Below are positions 8,202 to 18,636 of a stretch of 38,789 nucleotides of DNA, piece by piece; within the stretch, counting starts at the first letter, position 1, and each line of letters starts with the position of its first letter. Origin of the DNA: a virus. Lineage: Duplodnaviria; Caudoviricetes. The translations under genes were made by a program, and so were the position numbers. The stretch lies in the IMG/VR virus record IMGVR_UViG_3300032213_002584, positions 1 to 38,789 of that record. The stretch is one strand, 5' to 3'. The notes beneath the pieces are model-generated. The model made no database searches, was not told where the DNA came from, and was given only the letters and a program-made list of their open reading frames with translations.

Positions 8202-11200
8202 TTATTCTGTTGGGTCAGTTACTACTAATTGATCGCTACTGTTGAAATATCTTAATCTATTAGAGTTGTCTGAATTTCTAAATAATGTTGTATTATAAGA
8301 GTCATATACATGAGTTGATGATATAAAATTTATACCTACAAAATAATCTTCGCTAGTGTTATAATTGAAACTATTTGCAATTATGTTAGAAAAGAATTCA
8401 TTTCCAATTGTATTATATCGGAAACTATTTCCAATTTCATTAAATTGGAAACGATTTGCAATTGTATTATATTGGAAACTATTTCCAATTGTATTATATT
8501 GGAAACGATTTGCAATTGTATTACTGTCGAAGCTGTTTCCAATTTCATTAAATTGGAAACGATTTGCAATTGTATTACTGTTGAAGCTGTTTCCAATTGT
8601 GTTTAATTCAAAAAGATTTGCAATTGAATTAGAACTGAAACTATTTCCAATTGTATTAGTGATGAAGTTATTTTCAATTTTATTAGAATTGAAACTATTT
8701 CCAATTGTACTATTAATGAAACTATTTTGAATTTTATTTTGAGTGAAAGAACTTCCAATTGTGCCGTTGTAGAAATTATTTCCAATTGTATTTGATACAA
8801 AACTTTCTCCAATTTTGTTATTTTGAAAATTATCTTCAATTATATTAAATGCAAAACTACTTCCAATTATATTATATTTGAAATCATTTCCAATTGTGTT
8901 ATCTTGGAAGATAAATCCAATTGTGTTATTGTAAAAATTATTTCCAATTATATTACGAAGGATACTACTTCCAAAAATTACATTGCTATAGCCACCTTGT
9001 ATTTTTATATTTTTTACATTATTTAATGTAAATGTACCTAGGCCTGTGAGAGTAGAAGTAAAGGTTGGTTGTTGAATTCTTGAACCAGTAATAGCTGGTA
9101 AATTTATACGAGAATTACTGGTACTAGGATCATATAAAGCTGTAAATCCATTAGTTTCATCTGTGCTAAAAAAAGTCCCACTCTCAACAAAATTTGATAC
9201 TGGAAGCCAAAAATTAGGATCATTTAAAGCATTGCCGCTATTGCCTGTAACATTTGAATAATATAACTTCCCACGAGCACTATTGTTTCCAGTTTCTTTA
9301 ACATAATCTAATCTAGTATATTGATAGTTACCAGAATAATTAGGCACAGAACTAACATCTGGTTTGCAACAATTAACAGTAATATTTCTCCAATCATATG
9401 GTATATCAATATCTAGAAGATTATCTACTCTTCTATAAATCCAACCTTTAAAATCTGGTATAGCTTGATTATTATTAATACTTCCCCAAGAATAAGAACT
9501 ACTTGCATCTATATTATAATAAATTGTATCTTGAGGATAAATTTCTGATTGTGCTATGTGATATATTTTATTATTAGAAAGCGCAGTCACAATAAGAGGC
9601 TCGCCAGAAGCTGCTGTTTTTACTGTTTGATCATTGATTGATTGGTTATTCCATTTAAGAATAAAATCTGAAATTCTATATAATTGGCCGCTGAGTAAAT
9701 TATTGGTTGCTTTTAGTCCAGTTAAATTTGAATATGTGGTATTTAAAATTTGATTGGAAATAGATCCATTAGCAAAAGTTTTGACTCCAAAAATAGTTTG
9801 ATCTCCAGTATTATAGACTAAATTATCACCTAAAATATTTCCATCAACTGTTAATTTTTCAGAGGGATTATTTGTGCCAATGCCGATATTGTCACCCGTC
9901 CAATATAAAACTGGCTGTCCAAGTTGATTTGCTAAATATCTTTCACCCCAATAAATTGATGCAGCATCAATTCCACTTAACACTCTATCATTAAATGCCA
10001 CGGTTATCTGCCCATTAGCATCATATAAACCATATTCTTCTGTACCAAATATTAGAGTATCATTCTGATTTCTAATAAAAACGAAATTATTATCAGTCTT
10101 AATATAATGACTTTCACCTATTCTATTATTTCCACCGCTAAGAAGCATATCACCATAAAAACTCTTATTTCCATTTATAATTTGATTACCAGATATTAAT
10201 ACAGCATTAGTATTTACAAAATTTTCTGTAGCAATATTATCTAATGTTGTTAATCCAGCATTTCGTGATCCTGTGCCAATTTTAAATTTATTATTAATTA
10301 AATCATAGCCCATGATTGGGCCAAGTCCACTTCCTTGAACTCCTGTAATAAAGAATATACCACCAGCAATTGCTCCACCAGTAATATTTAATAAAAGGTA
10401 ATTACTTTCTACGTTAGTATTTGTTGTATTAGCTATTGTTTGAGTTCCAGTTACAGTTAAATTATTAATGAAAATATTATCATAGAATGTTTTATTTCCA
10501 TAAATATTTTGGGCTCCATAAGTTAATACTGAAACGCCGCTAAGTGTATTTATTTTATTATTAAGATTTGCTCCAGTTAAATTAAGATTAGAAATTGTAG
10601 CATATTGAGTTAAATCTACTCCTGTTAGTACTGGATTTCCTCTTACTGTTGGGGTATTTGTTAAGCTAACATTTCCATTTTCTACATATATATCTATTCC
10701 AGAAATAAGAAGATTATCAACATTATTTAAATCTAAACCATTAAAATCTCCAGTTTGTGCAAAAACATTATTAGCATTAATATCTTTAAAATAAGCTGTT
10801 ATATTATTTGCGTATAATTCTCTTGTTCCTTGTATTGACATACTATCTGGTCCACCAAATGCCATGTTAGTGCCAGATGGAGCATACAAACTAAATGTAC
10901 CTTCTCCTATACTAATAGTATTTCCAGCTGCAGTTAAATTTAGAAATGGTTCTTCCGTTCCAAGAGCTTGAATTGTTAAACTTTGAGTAAATCCAGGAGA
11001 ACTTTTTCCACTAATGAATCCAACAATCTGATTGTCTTCAGGAGCTAGAAAATTTATTCTTTCAAATGTTTTAGCTCCACTAATAATTTGATTTCCAGTT
11101 GTATATACTAAAGTACTTGGCAGTCCAGCTGCTTCGCCACTTAAAAGAACTCCAGTCCCATTAACTGTTGGTCTAGAAGCAAAAGTTTTAACTCCAGAAA

Positions 11201-11852
11201 TAATTTGATTTCCAGTTTTAGCAACAGCATTTATTGTATCTGGATCAAGATAATCTTTGCCACCAATTTGATGTGAGCTTTTATGTAATGTTGTATAATG
11301 TATTCTAAAATCAAGAAGCGCGCTTCCAGCTGAACTTGTCCAACCATTCATTGGAACTTGGGCTGCAAATGTAATTGGATCTCCAGCTTTTATAATTGGA
11401 GATTGAGCAACTAAATGTATAGGATTTAATCCACCATAATAAAATTTCCATCTTGAATCTCCAGTATCGAAATACATTTGAGATTCAGTTCCACCATCAA
11501 TTCCTGTATACAAATAGTTTGGATTTGGAGAAATAACTGGTCTATATTCTGGAACTGGTTTTAAAAATAGATTATTTATATAACTATAATCAATTATTAA
11601 ACTAGTATATGGGTCAGTAAGAGGATTGGTTGTATAAATAATATTATCTTGAATAAAATATTTTAAACCACTAACGGTTTGATTGCCAGTTACTGTTAGA
11701 TATCTTAGATCAAACAATCCAGTATTAAATATACCAGGTGCTCCAGCTGGTCCAACTGGTCCTGCTGGTCCAGGAGGTCCTGCAATTCCAGGCAACTCAA
11801 CTGTTGTAGTTTGTGAGCCAGGAACAATTACTTGTACATTATAGTCTGGCAT
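8202..11852 (-). CDS. large mosaic fibre/spike protein (1216 aa) with N-terminal collagen-like repeat and C-terminal beta-helix
   Basis: GIAGPPGPAGPVGPAGAPG; six GxQxIxGxKxF fibre motifs; GNIGIGTNNPSEKLTVDG-type motif; C-terminal 11-aa NTIGNSFxx repeats. Confidence 0.8.
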   Translation of the reverse strand: MPDYNVQVIVPGSQTTTVELPGIAGPPGPAGPVGPAGAPGIFNTGLFDLRYLTVTGNQTVSGLKYFIQDNIIYTTNPLTDPYTSLIIDYSYINNLFLKPVPEYRPVISPNPNYLYTGIDGGTESQMYFDTGDSRWKFYYGGLNPIHLVAQSPIIKAGDPITFAAQVPMNGWTSSAGSALLDFRIHYTTLHKSSHQIGGKDYLDPDTINAVAKTGNQIISGVKTFASRPTVNGTGVLLSGEAAGLPSTLVYTTGNQIISGAKTFERINFLAPEDNQIVGFISGKSSPGFTQSLTIQALGTEEPFLNLTAAGNTISIGEGTFSLYAPSGTNMAFGGPDSMSIQGTRELYANNITAYFKDINANNVFAQTGDFNGLDLNNVDNLLISGIDIYVENGNVSLTNTPTVRGNPVLTGVDLTQYATISNLNLTGANLNNKINTLSGVSVLTYGAQNIYGNKTFYDNIFINNLTVTGTQTIANTTNTNVESNYLLLNITGGAIAGGIFFITGVQGSGLGPIMGYDLINNKFKIGTGSRNAGLTTLDNIATENFVNTNAVLISGNQIINGNKSFYGDMLLSGGNNRIGESHYIKTDNNFVFIRNQNDTLIFGTEEYGLYDANGQITVAFNDRVLSGIDAASIYWGERYLANQLGQPVLYWTGDNIGIGTNNPSEKLTVDGNILGDNLVYNTGDQTIFGVKTFANGSISNQILNTTYSNLTGLKATNNLLSGQLYRISDFILKWNNQSINDQTVKTAASGEPLIVTALSNNKIYHIAQSEIYPQDTIYYNIDASSSYSWGSINNNQAIPDFKGWIYRRVDNLLDIDIPYDWRNITVNCCKPDVSSVPNYSGNYQYTRLDYVKETGNNSARGKLYYSNVTGNSGNALNDPNFWLPVSNFVESGTFFSTDETNGFTALYDPSTSNSRINLPAITGSRIQQPTFTSTLTGLGTFTLNNVKNIKIQGGYSNVIFGSSILRNIIGNNFYNNTIGFIFQDNTIGNDFKYNIIGSSFAFNIIEDNFQNNKIGESFVSNTIGNNFYNGTIGSSFTQNKIQNSFINSTIGNSFNSNKIENNFITNTIGNSFSSNSIANLFELNTIGNSFNSNTIANRFQFNEIGNSFDSNTIANRFQYNTIGNSFQYNTIANRFQFNEIGNSFRYNTIGNEFFSNIIANSFNYNTSEDYFVGINFISSTHVYDSYNTTLFRNSDNSNRLRYFNSSDQLVVTDPTE
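8350..8965 (-). repeat. 33-bp (11-aa) Asn-rich coding tandem repeat, roughly 18 copies
   Basis: tttccaattgta / tttgcaattgta recurring every 33 nt; near-identical 66-bp blocks around 8410-8600. Confidence 0.9.
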
Positions 11853-11857
11853 AACAA

Positions 11858-12229
11858 TTATATTGTTACTTCTGGTGAAACCATAAATCTACCTCTAAGT
11901 AATTTAACTGCATCACCACTTAGATTAGAAGCAGTATATCTTTCTACATCATAAACAAAAGATCCTACTGGTAAATTTTGAGTTAAATAAGATCCTACAT
12001 TAATAAATATAATACCAGATGGAAGATATTCTCCATAAGTACCACTGTAAATGACAGGATGAAATTGTAATAAAAGTCCAGAAATTCCAGTATATCCATA
12101 ACCATATCGTACTTGTCCACGAACATCAAATCCACTTAAATTAATAGCATTCCCATAAGAATCTCTTACAATAAGAGTTAAATTTAAAACGTCACCTTGA
12201 ATTGCTTCTATATTGTATGATGTTGCCAT
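11858..12229 (-). CDS. Ig-like fibre adaptor (BppU N-terminal-like) protein; start corrected to ATG 12229
   Basis: QGDVLNLTLIVRD...INLSGFDVRGQVR...LPVGSFVYDVE...LLRGRFMVSPEVT pattern; ATG lies 8 nt after GTGTAA. Confidence 0.7.
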   Translation of the reverse strand: MATSYNIEAIQGDVLNLTLIVRDSYGNAINLSGFDVRGQVRYGYGYTGISGLLLQFHPVIYSGTYGEYLPSGIIFINVGSYLTQNLPVGSFVYDVERYTASNLSGDAVKLLRGRFMVSPEVTI

Positions 12230-12237
12230 ATAAAATA

Positions 12238-12243
12238 TTACAC
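12238..12243 (-). promoter_or_regulatory. GTGTAA motif, 8 nt before ATG
   Basis: GTGTAATATTTTATATG. Confidence 0.75.
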
Positions 12244-12249
12244 TTTTAA

Positions 12250-14868
12250 TCAAAAATAAAACGGTACATATATTCTTCCAAAATCTGGATGAAAAGCGCC
12301 AACTATGCCTGTTCTGCTTCCAATTTGCAGTGTCATTTGAGGATTTGGGGATGTTCCTTGTCCTGTAGTTAATAAATTTTGACCAGTAGAAACAAAGCCA
12401 GTATAAGGAACAGTAGTACTATTAGATCCAGTTGTATCAACAAAATAATAAAGTCCAGAATCTATTGTTTCTACAATCATCCATTGATTAGCTAGTCTTA
12501 ATCCACTTGCGCTATTAGCAATTGGAAAAAGGTTTCCACTAGTATTATTTCCATAAATTAAACTTAAATAATTATCTTCTGATAGATAATAATTAGTCAA
12601 TGCACTTACATATGTTGGATTAAAGTTATTACTAAAATTATTTGTTAATTTATATCTTTGATTAACGCTTGATGTTAATATTCCAGTACTAAAACTTGGG
12701 GGTGGATTAAAACCACTATAGAGACTTCCATTATATACGTTGATAGATCCAGTACGAACCCAATTTGAAACTGGAAAAGTATTACCGTCACCATTATTAT
12801 AAAAATAAAATCCTTCACCAGTTGAATTTGCTATAACCCATCTTGCTGGAATTAATGCAGTTGTATAAATTATAGCTAATGAATCATTTGGATTACTATA
12901 AAAATAAATTCCAGATACACCATAATCTCCCTGATAAGCGGATACTTGAGTTCTATAAAAATTGCTTGTTGATATAAAATTTGATCCATCTCTAATTCCA
13001 GAATATCCAGAATTTGGAGAATAACTTATAACAGGTATATTTGTACCACCATTTATAATATTAATTTGATCAGCTAGATGGTCAAATTCGTTATCTACTA
13101 TATCTAATTGGCTAAAACTTTGTCCACTAAAAGGCAAATATTCAAAAGAAGCTAATCTATTATTAGAAACAAAATTTCCAGAATCAGCAGATGTCAGTAT
13201 CTTTTGATCATTAATTGTTGGATCTAAAACAGATGTAATTTCAACTTTGTCTAATTTAATACTTAAATTTGTGCTACTTGATGTACCTAAACGAATTTTT
13301 CCTATTTCATTTAAACCAGTAAGATTTTGATTTCTTCCAACTACTATACAGCTTTGTGCTCCAGTTCCTATTATGTTAGATGTACCAAAAGCTGAATTAC
13401 TATTACCAAGAATCAGATTCGTATTTCCTACAGATATATTATTATTTCCATATAAAATATTGTAATTTCCAACATTTAAGAATTGATTAGATAAATTATT
13501 TCCGCTTATTAAGCTCGAATTTCCTAGTAAAATTGAATCTGATATATTATAAATTGATTGACTATTTCCACCAATATAACTTTTATTTACATTTTTAATT
13601 AGATTAGAGTTTCCAACTAAATAATTCCCAGTTACTTCTTCATTTAAAATATTATTATTTCCAACTAAGAAATTATTAAATCCAGAAAAATTATTAGAAT
13701 TTAAATCTCCAATAATTTTATTATTAAGATTTGAATTTAAATTTGCGTTTCCCAAAATTAATGAATTTGTCGAATTTAAATTTAAATTTGAATTACCAAT
13801 TACGATATTATTTGGTCCAACATTACCGTCTATTATTTCTTCTGACTCAAGAGTAACATCTCCTTGAATTGGTGCTCCACTCCAAATTGGATCATAAAAA
13901 TTCCAACCAGTAGCTTGCCAAGGATTAATAGATTGTCCTATTGAATAATAGACATCTTGTCCATCATTTTCGCTATATATATTCCACTTACTTGTGTCAT
14001 TATATATTGTGCTAGAGCCAAATGGATCAAGTGGATCTATAGAATAAACAGCTTCTATTCCAGTACTAGTATCAATTGGATAATACCTTGCATTAATATA
14101 TTCAGCGCCAGCATTGACTACATTTACAAAAGATTGACCACCTGGAACTGTGCTTGCTATTGAAGAATTGTTAGATCCAATTATTAAAGTAAAATCTCCA
14201 GAATTTGAAAGATTTGAAACTCCAAATAATAGACTTGTATTTGAGTTACTAGCTGAATTAGTATTACCAATTAAATTTAAATTTGAAGTATTTTCACCAT
14301 AATTTCCTATACCAAAAATATTATTACTTATTCCTTTTATACTAGTATTAGCTAATCCAATTAAACTTATTGAATTACCACTTTGTAAAACATTACTGTT
14401 TCCTAAATTTACAACTGATACACCACCAGAAATATTATTAAAATCTCCTACGCTATAATTTGCAACTCCATTTTGAATAAAATTAGAAGTACCAAATATC
14501 TCTATACTAGAAGAGCTTTCTAAAGAATTAGATGCACCTATTACATAAACATTATCACCACTACCTAAGTAATTTAATCTTCCAATAATATATTTACTAT
14601 TTCCATCATAAGATGAATTTGCAAAACCAAGTATAAAGTTTTCATTTACATTTTGAATATCATTTGCATATCCAATTGCTGCTGATGGAGCAAAAAAATC
14701 ATTAATACCAGTAGGAATCTTTCCACTATTGAAATTGAATTTACCTATTGCAATTCCAGTTTCAGCATATAAGTAGTTTCTATCTCCAAGTACAATTTGA
14801 TTAGAGGGTAACTCTATAAATTTACCAGAAACGTAATTAAGTAAATACGAACTACCAGAGATAATCAT
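12250..14868 (-). CDS. fibre/adhesin-like protein with YadA-head-like beta-roll repeats (872 aa)
   Basis: Many ~14-aa N/G/S-rich repeats (xxIGxxNxxxx) in two blocks separated by Trp-containing modules. Confidence 0.7.
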   Translation of the reverse strand: MIISGSSYLLNYVSGKFIELPSNQIVLGDRNYLYAETGIAIGKFNFNSGKIPTGINDFFAPSAAIGYANDIQNVNENFILGFANSSYDGNSKYIIGRLNYLGSGDNVYVIGASNSLESSSSIEIFGTSNFIQNGVANYSVGDFNNISGGVSVVNLGNSNVLQSGNSISLIGLANTSIKGISNNIFGIGNYGENTSNLNLIGNTNSASNSNTSLLFGVSNLSNSGDFTLIIGSNNSSIASTVPGGQSFVNVVNAGAEYINARYYPIDTSTGIEAVYSIDPLDPFGSSTIYNDTSKWNIYSENDGQDVYYSIGQSINPWQATGWNFYDPIWSGAPIQGDVTLESEEIIDGNVGPNNIVIGNSNLNLNSTNSLILGNANLNSNLNNKIIGDLNSNNFSGFNNFLVGNNNILNEEVTGNYLVGNSNLIKNVNKSYIGGNSQSIYNISDSILLGNSSLISGNNLSNQFLNVGNYNILYGNNNISVGNTNLILGNSNSAFGTSNIIGTGAQSCIVVGRNQNLTGLNEIGKIRLGTSSSTNLSIKLDKVEITSVLDPTINDQKILTSADSGNFVSNNRLASFEYLPFSGQSFSQLDIVDNEFDHLADQINIINGGTNIPVISYSPNSGYSGIRDGSNFISTSNFYRTQVSAYQGDYGVSGIYFYSNPNDSLAIIYTTALIPARWVIANSTGEGFYFYNNGDGNTFPVSNWVRTGSINVYNGSLYSGFNPPPSFSTGILTSSVNQRYKLTNNFSNNFNPTYVSALTNYYLSEDNYLSLIYGNNTSGNLFPIANSASGLRLANQWMIVETIDSGLYYFVDTTGSNSTTVPYTGFVSTGQNLLTTGQGTSPNPQMTLQIGSRTGIVGAFHPDFGRIYVPFYF

Positions 14869-14877
14869 CTATATAAT

Positions 14878-14883
14878 ATACAC
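14878..14883 (-). promoter_or_regulatory. GTGTAT motif, 9 nt before ATG
   Basis: GTGTATATTATATAGATG. Confidence 0.7.
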
Positions 14884-14907
14884 TTTTTAAAGTGTTTTTT
14901 AAAAAGA

Positions 14908-15252
14908 TTATCTACCTTCGGATAGAATTCTTAATGCTTTTTGATTAGAAGTTGTATTAATTTCTTTCTTAGGAACGCGATAGTTAGAAACATGCTTTCT
15001 AAATTCTTTAATTAATCTTTTAGTTAATGTTTCTCTATCATCAACTGGAATTAAGCCTAATTTACTTGCATGAGTTTGTAGATCGCTCTTATTCATGTCA
15101 GATAAATAATTCATATACTTGTCTTCTTCGAGCGTTTTATACTTTGACATACCAGTATCACCCCAAATTTGATCTAGAGTCCTTGCTTGATATTCTTCTA
15201 CTTTTCCATGAGTTTGTGACAATTCATTAATATTTGTTACCTTTTTCTTCAT
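14908..15252 (-). CDS. hypothetical protein downstream of the capsid gene (114 aa)
   Basis: AAAGGAGA SD; helical LSDMNKSDLQTHASKLGL...RETLTKRLI segment resembles a helix-extension-helix (Rho-N/SAP-like) fold. Confidence 0.7.
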   Translation of the reverse strand: MKKKVTNINELSQTHGKVEEYQARTLDQIWGDTGMSKYKTLEEDKYMNYLSDMNKSDLQTHASKLGLIPVDDRETLTKRLIKEFRKHVSNYRVPKKEINTTSNQKALRILSEGR

Positions 15253-15279
15253 ATTTTTCTCCTTTAACCTTACAAGGGG

Positions 15280-15285
15280 TTACAC
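15280..15285 (-). promoter_or_regulatory. GTGTAA putative late-promoter motif
   Basis: 27 nt upstream of ATG 15252, downstream of the capsid terminator. Confidence 0.65.
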
Positions 15286-15327
15286 GATTTGAATAATAAA
15301 GAGAATAGAAATATTCATATAATTGCA

Positions 15328-15361
15328 ATAAAAAACCCGAGGAATTGCTTCCTCGGGCTTT
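15328..15361 (-). terminator. Rho-independent terminator after the major capsid gene
   Basis: Minus strand CCCGAGGAA-GCAA-TTCCTCGGG-TTTTTT (9-bp stem, GNRA loop). Confidence 0.9.
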
Positions 15362-15381
15362 CTATAACTTTTTGAGTTAGT

Positions 15382-16476
15382 TTAGCGAGTTTGTCTCAAG
15401 CCTACGATTGTACGGGCATCAACACAAACGCGACCTTCTTCGAGAGAACCATAGAATCCAGTTTTCTCAGAGCGAGAAACGAATTGGTCGTCAGGAAGAA
15501 CGGTGAATGTTCCACCGCTTTCTGATTGACGAGCAACTGGACGAATGAATCCTTCGCGACTTAGGTCTAGACCAACTACAATTTCTCCTGTGCTGATATC
15601 GGCTTGAGCACCTCTAAGAGCATTATAAAGAATATTGTATTTAGCACCAACTCCGAGTTCTACTAGGTCATGAATTGTTACGCCGAACAATTCACTGGCA
15701 CCAGCGGAACGGAAGATTTGTTCACGAACTGCTTCTGGAGCAGTTTCGAATGTCCTTGATCCAGCGGTGTTTGTGCCGATTGGATTGAAGGCGATTGAGC
15801 GGATATCAGCCATAACTTCTGGACTTACGAATAGATCGGTTAGTCCGTAGCTATCAACAGTTGTGCCACCAGCATAAGAAGTATTAATTCTTTTTACTAG
15901 TTTCATCAAGTTGCTGAGATCTGCCAATTGGAATGTATTAGCTTGTGAGGCAAGAATATGTCCACCAACAACGCTGTCATTAGTTAGGGAACCATCTCTG
16001 GCTTCAGCAAGAGCTTTTAGAACTACTGCCCAAGCATTACGCTCTTGTTTTACAAGAACTTCATTGCTCATGCGTTCTACTGCTTTGCTTACAACATCAA
16101 GACGGCCACGACGAGCATAGCGCTTTAAGAAGCTAACTGCACTGTCAAGACGGTATGTTGAGACTTTTAGTTCACTGAAGCCTTCTACTGTAGAGGTAGG
16201 AAGACCACCTGCTACATTTTGACTCCAAACTGAAACGTAATCAACGCCTTCATTGTACCATAGATCAAGAGGAATGCTTGGAGCATCGTCTTCATCATAT
16301 GGGGACTCTGAATAAATTGCGCTAGCTGTTCCAGCTTGTAGCAATACTTTGCTTACGACTGGACCAATGAAAGCTGCAAAAGCTTCGGTAGCTTCTCTTG
16401 CTACTGCAACATCTCTGCTGCCCATAGCTTTGATTAGCTCTACTTGTTCTGGTGTATTTTTTAATTTGATTTTCAT
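15382..16476 (-). CDS. major capsid protein (HK97 fold, 364 aa)
   Basis: Downstream of protease/scaffold and decoration genes; AGGAGA SD; strong terminator; biased codons; long-helix segment DVVSKAVERMSNEVLVKQERNAW and LFVSPEVMADIR motif. Confidence 0.8.
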   Translation of the reverse strand: MKIKLKNTPEQVELIKAMGSRDVAVAREATEAFAAFIGPVVSKVLLQAGTASAIYSESPYDEDDAPSIPLDLWYNEGVDYVSVWSQNVAGGLPTSTVEGFSELKVSTYRLDSAVSFLKRYARRGRLDVVSKAVERMSNEVLVKQERNAWAVVLKALAEARDGSLTNDSVVGGHILASQANTFQLADLSNLMKLVKRINTSYAGGTTVDSYGLTDLFVSPEVMADIRSIAFNPIGTNTAGSRTFETAPEAVREQIFRSAGASELFGVTIHDLVELGVGAKYNILYNALRGAQADISTGEIVVGLDLSREGFIRPVARQSESGGTFTVLPDDQFVSRSEKTGFYGSLEEGRVCVDARTIVGLRQTR

Positions 16477-16497
16477 TTTTTAAATTTCTCCTATGAA

Positions 16498-17070
16498 TTA
16501 GAGTTCAATCTTGAGAGGAGCTATGCCATTGACAGAGGTTCCCAAGAATGTTCCAACTTTGGTTGCACCAGCGAGCAAGCTATTTGATGCAACAACTTCT
16601 CCTTGACTAGCAAATGAGATTTGTGCAACTTGACCTGCTGTAGCAGTTACTCCACTATAAAGTACAACACCGCGTGTTAGAACTGGAACTGTTTGTCCAC
16701 TTACAACAACGCCCATTTCTGCAGCTTTACGAGGATTGAAAACGAGTTTTTCACCATTTTCGTCTAGTTCACGAATATCAAGTAGTGTCATACCGAGTAC
16801 TGCACTACCAGATGTGGCTAGAGTTACTTTTGGTACAGCGCCGTAACGATCTGATACAACATTGTTGTAAGATGCGCCAACTGCGCCGAGTGATTCAATT
16901 GGATTTCCCAATGTGTTTGAAGCAACAGGTTGAAAACCTGGGGCTACGACTCTAACGAATGCACCTTTTGTTGCTACAATAGATGGACTTTCAGCAACTC
17001 CACTATATGTAAAAACATTAAGAACATCATTTTCGTCATAACTTCTGAATGGTCTAAGATTATGTGCCAT
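16498..17070 (-). CDS. putative capsid decoration/cement protein (190 aa)
   Basis: Small beta-rich A/V/G/S protein between scaffold and capsid; AAAGGAGA SD. Confidence 0.6.
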   Translation of the reverse strand: MAHNLRPFRSYDENDVLNVFTYSGVAESPSIVATKGAFVRVVAPGFQPVASNTLGNPIESLGAVGASYNNVVSDRYGAVPKVTLATSGSAVLGMTLLDIRELDENGEKLVFNPRKAAEMGVVVSGQTVPVLTRGVVLYSGVTATAGQVAQISFASQGEVVASNSLLAGATKVGTFLGTSVNGIAPLKIEL

Positions 17071-17088
17071 GATTTATTTCTCCTTTGT

Positions 17089-18621
17089 TTATTTTACTAT
17101 GAAACCTTCCTCTAAACTAAAAGCTCTGCCATATTTTTCTTTTAATGTGGCTTCACTTGTAGATGAAGAGTTTGGTATAGATGCTTTTTCAACTTTGCCG
17201 TTGGAAATAGCATCTTCAACTACTTCAGAAACTGTTTCTGAAACGGTTACTGGTTGCTCAGAAGCGATTACTTCTGTTGCAACAGATTGTTCTGCTTTTG
17301 CCATCTTAGCTTTTTTAGCAGCCTTATTTTTTTCTTTCATAAGGACTGCCATTTTCTTTTTGTAAGCGGCAAAAGTTTCTTCTTCTAAATCTTTAATGTC
17401 TGTGGCGAGTACTTGACGATCTTCGTCGTCTAGATCGAATTCTTCGTCAAGGCCAGCCATGCGAATATTAAATGCTTCTTCTTTAGCTTTAGCTGCTGCT
17501 TCGGCTTCGATAGTAGCAAGCTTTTGATTTACTTCTTCGAGTTGTTTCTTTAGAGCTTCATGCTCAGATGAAACGGTTTCGAATTTTTGATTAGCAGCTT
17601 GAATAGCATTATCTTTTTCTGCTTTTTCAGCAATGAATTTCTCGCTAACTTTTTGAAGTTCTTCAGCGATAAAATCTGTTACTGAGGAAGCTTTTACTTC
17701 TTTAAGAAGTTCGTCTGTAATTTCAGATATATTGTTTATCTTCATAATTATTCTATTTGTTATCCTCTCTTGTTTTACATCTAAATTAGATATTTGGGAA
17801 ATATTATTTTCAGCTTGATTAGATTCAACTTCTTGAACCTCATCTTCCTCAATTTTAATTTCTGGAATATCCTCTTCTGTTTTCATTACTACTCCACCAA
17901 CATCTGCTGCTGGATTTGTAGTTAAACCTATACCTAATGGTATAACTTCACCTAAAACTTGTCTATAAATATAAGAATCACCATTTATTTTGCCAGTTCC
18001 ACCCAAAGCTTTTAGATTATTAGATAATTTTTCTTTTTCGGCTTCATCTGTGATAAATTTGCCATTTTCTATATTCTTATCTTTACCTTTTAATACTACA
18101 AGATTATAATCATTAAATCCCAATTCCCAACTAGCACTTATTGTCATATATTCGCTACTTGAAGGATCATTGCTTTCTTCTATAAGATCTGATAGTTTAG
18201 GATTAACTACTTTCCATATTACTCCACCAAGGGTAATATTAAATGGTTCTGTCATTTCTTTTACGTCTAATTCTGCTAGACTTTCATTTGAACCAAATTT
18301 ACTAAAATTGTATGATACAATACAACCTACTATTTTTGTTCTATCATGTTCAAGATTAATAGGTTTATTTATAAAATTTTTAGCTACTTCTGATGCTGTT
18401 AATCCATTAATAACATCGCCATTTTTATTTACTCTATTAACGACACAAGCATCAAAAGCGATAGGTAATAAGTCAATATTTGCTTTTAAGTCTATATCTG
18501 GTAAAAACTTTCTAAGTTCATTTTCAGATGCTAAAGCTAGATATTTATCTTTTTCTTCACTAACGACTGGTCTTAATTTGATACTAGAAAATATTGTAGA
18601 AAATTTAAATTTGTTTTCCAT
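17089..18621 (-). CDS. prohead protease-scaffold fusion; start corrected to ATG 18621
   Basis: N-terminal domain with NKNGD, KPINLEHD (His), ISASWEL (Ser) and GLTTNPA, typical of HK97/herpes-type maturation proteases; C-terminal E/K/A coiled coil. Confidence 0.75.
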   Translation of the reverse strand: MENKFKFSTIFSSIKLRPVVSEEKDKYLALASENELRKFLPDIDLKANIDLLPIAFDACVVNRVNKNGDVINGLTASEVAKNFINKPINLEHDRTKIVGCIVSYNFSKFGSNESLAELDVKEMTEPFNITLGGVIWKVVNPKLSDLIEESNDPSSSEYMTISASWELGFNDYNLVVLKGKDKNIENGKFITDEAEKEKLSNNLKALGGTGKINGDSYIYRQVLGEVIPLGIGLTTNPAADVGGVVMKTEEDIPEIKIEEDEVQEVESNQAENNISQISNLDVKQERITNRIIMKINNISEITDELLKEVKASSVTDFIAEELQKVSEKFIAEKAEKDNAIQAANQKFETVSSEHEALKKQLEEVNQKLATIEAEAAAKAKEEAFNIRMAGLDEEFDLDDEDRQVLATDIKDLEEETFAAYKKKMAVLMKEKNKAAKKAKMAKAEQSVATEVIASEQPVTVSETVSEVVEDAISNGKVEKASIPNSSSTSEATLKEKYGRAFSLEEGFIVK

Positions 18622-18630
18622 ATATTCAAT

Positions 18631-18636
18631 ATACAC
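18631..18636 (-). promoter_or_regulatory. GTGTAT motif, 9 nt before ATG
   Basis: GTGTATATTGAATATATG; the ORF track used the motif's GTG as the start codon. Confidence 0.7.

Noticed and set aside
6055-11852. Diversity-generating retroelement or invertase shufflon acting on the fibres
   Set aside because: No reverse transcriptase or recombinase in the window, no noncoding template repeat with adenine-only differences, and the shared modules are direct rather than inverted.
14881-14907. Inverted repeats around CACTTTTTAAAGTG as a terminator
   Set aside because: Stems are almost all A/T and weak, and overlap the promoter motif; likely chance in AT-rich DNA.
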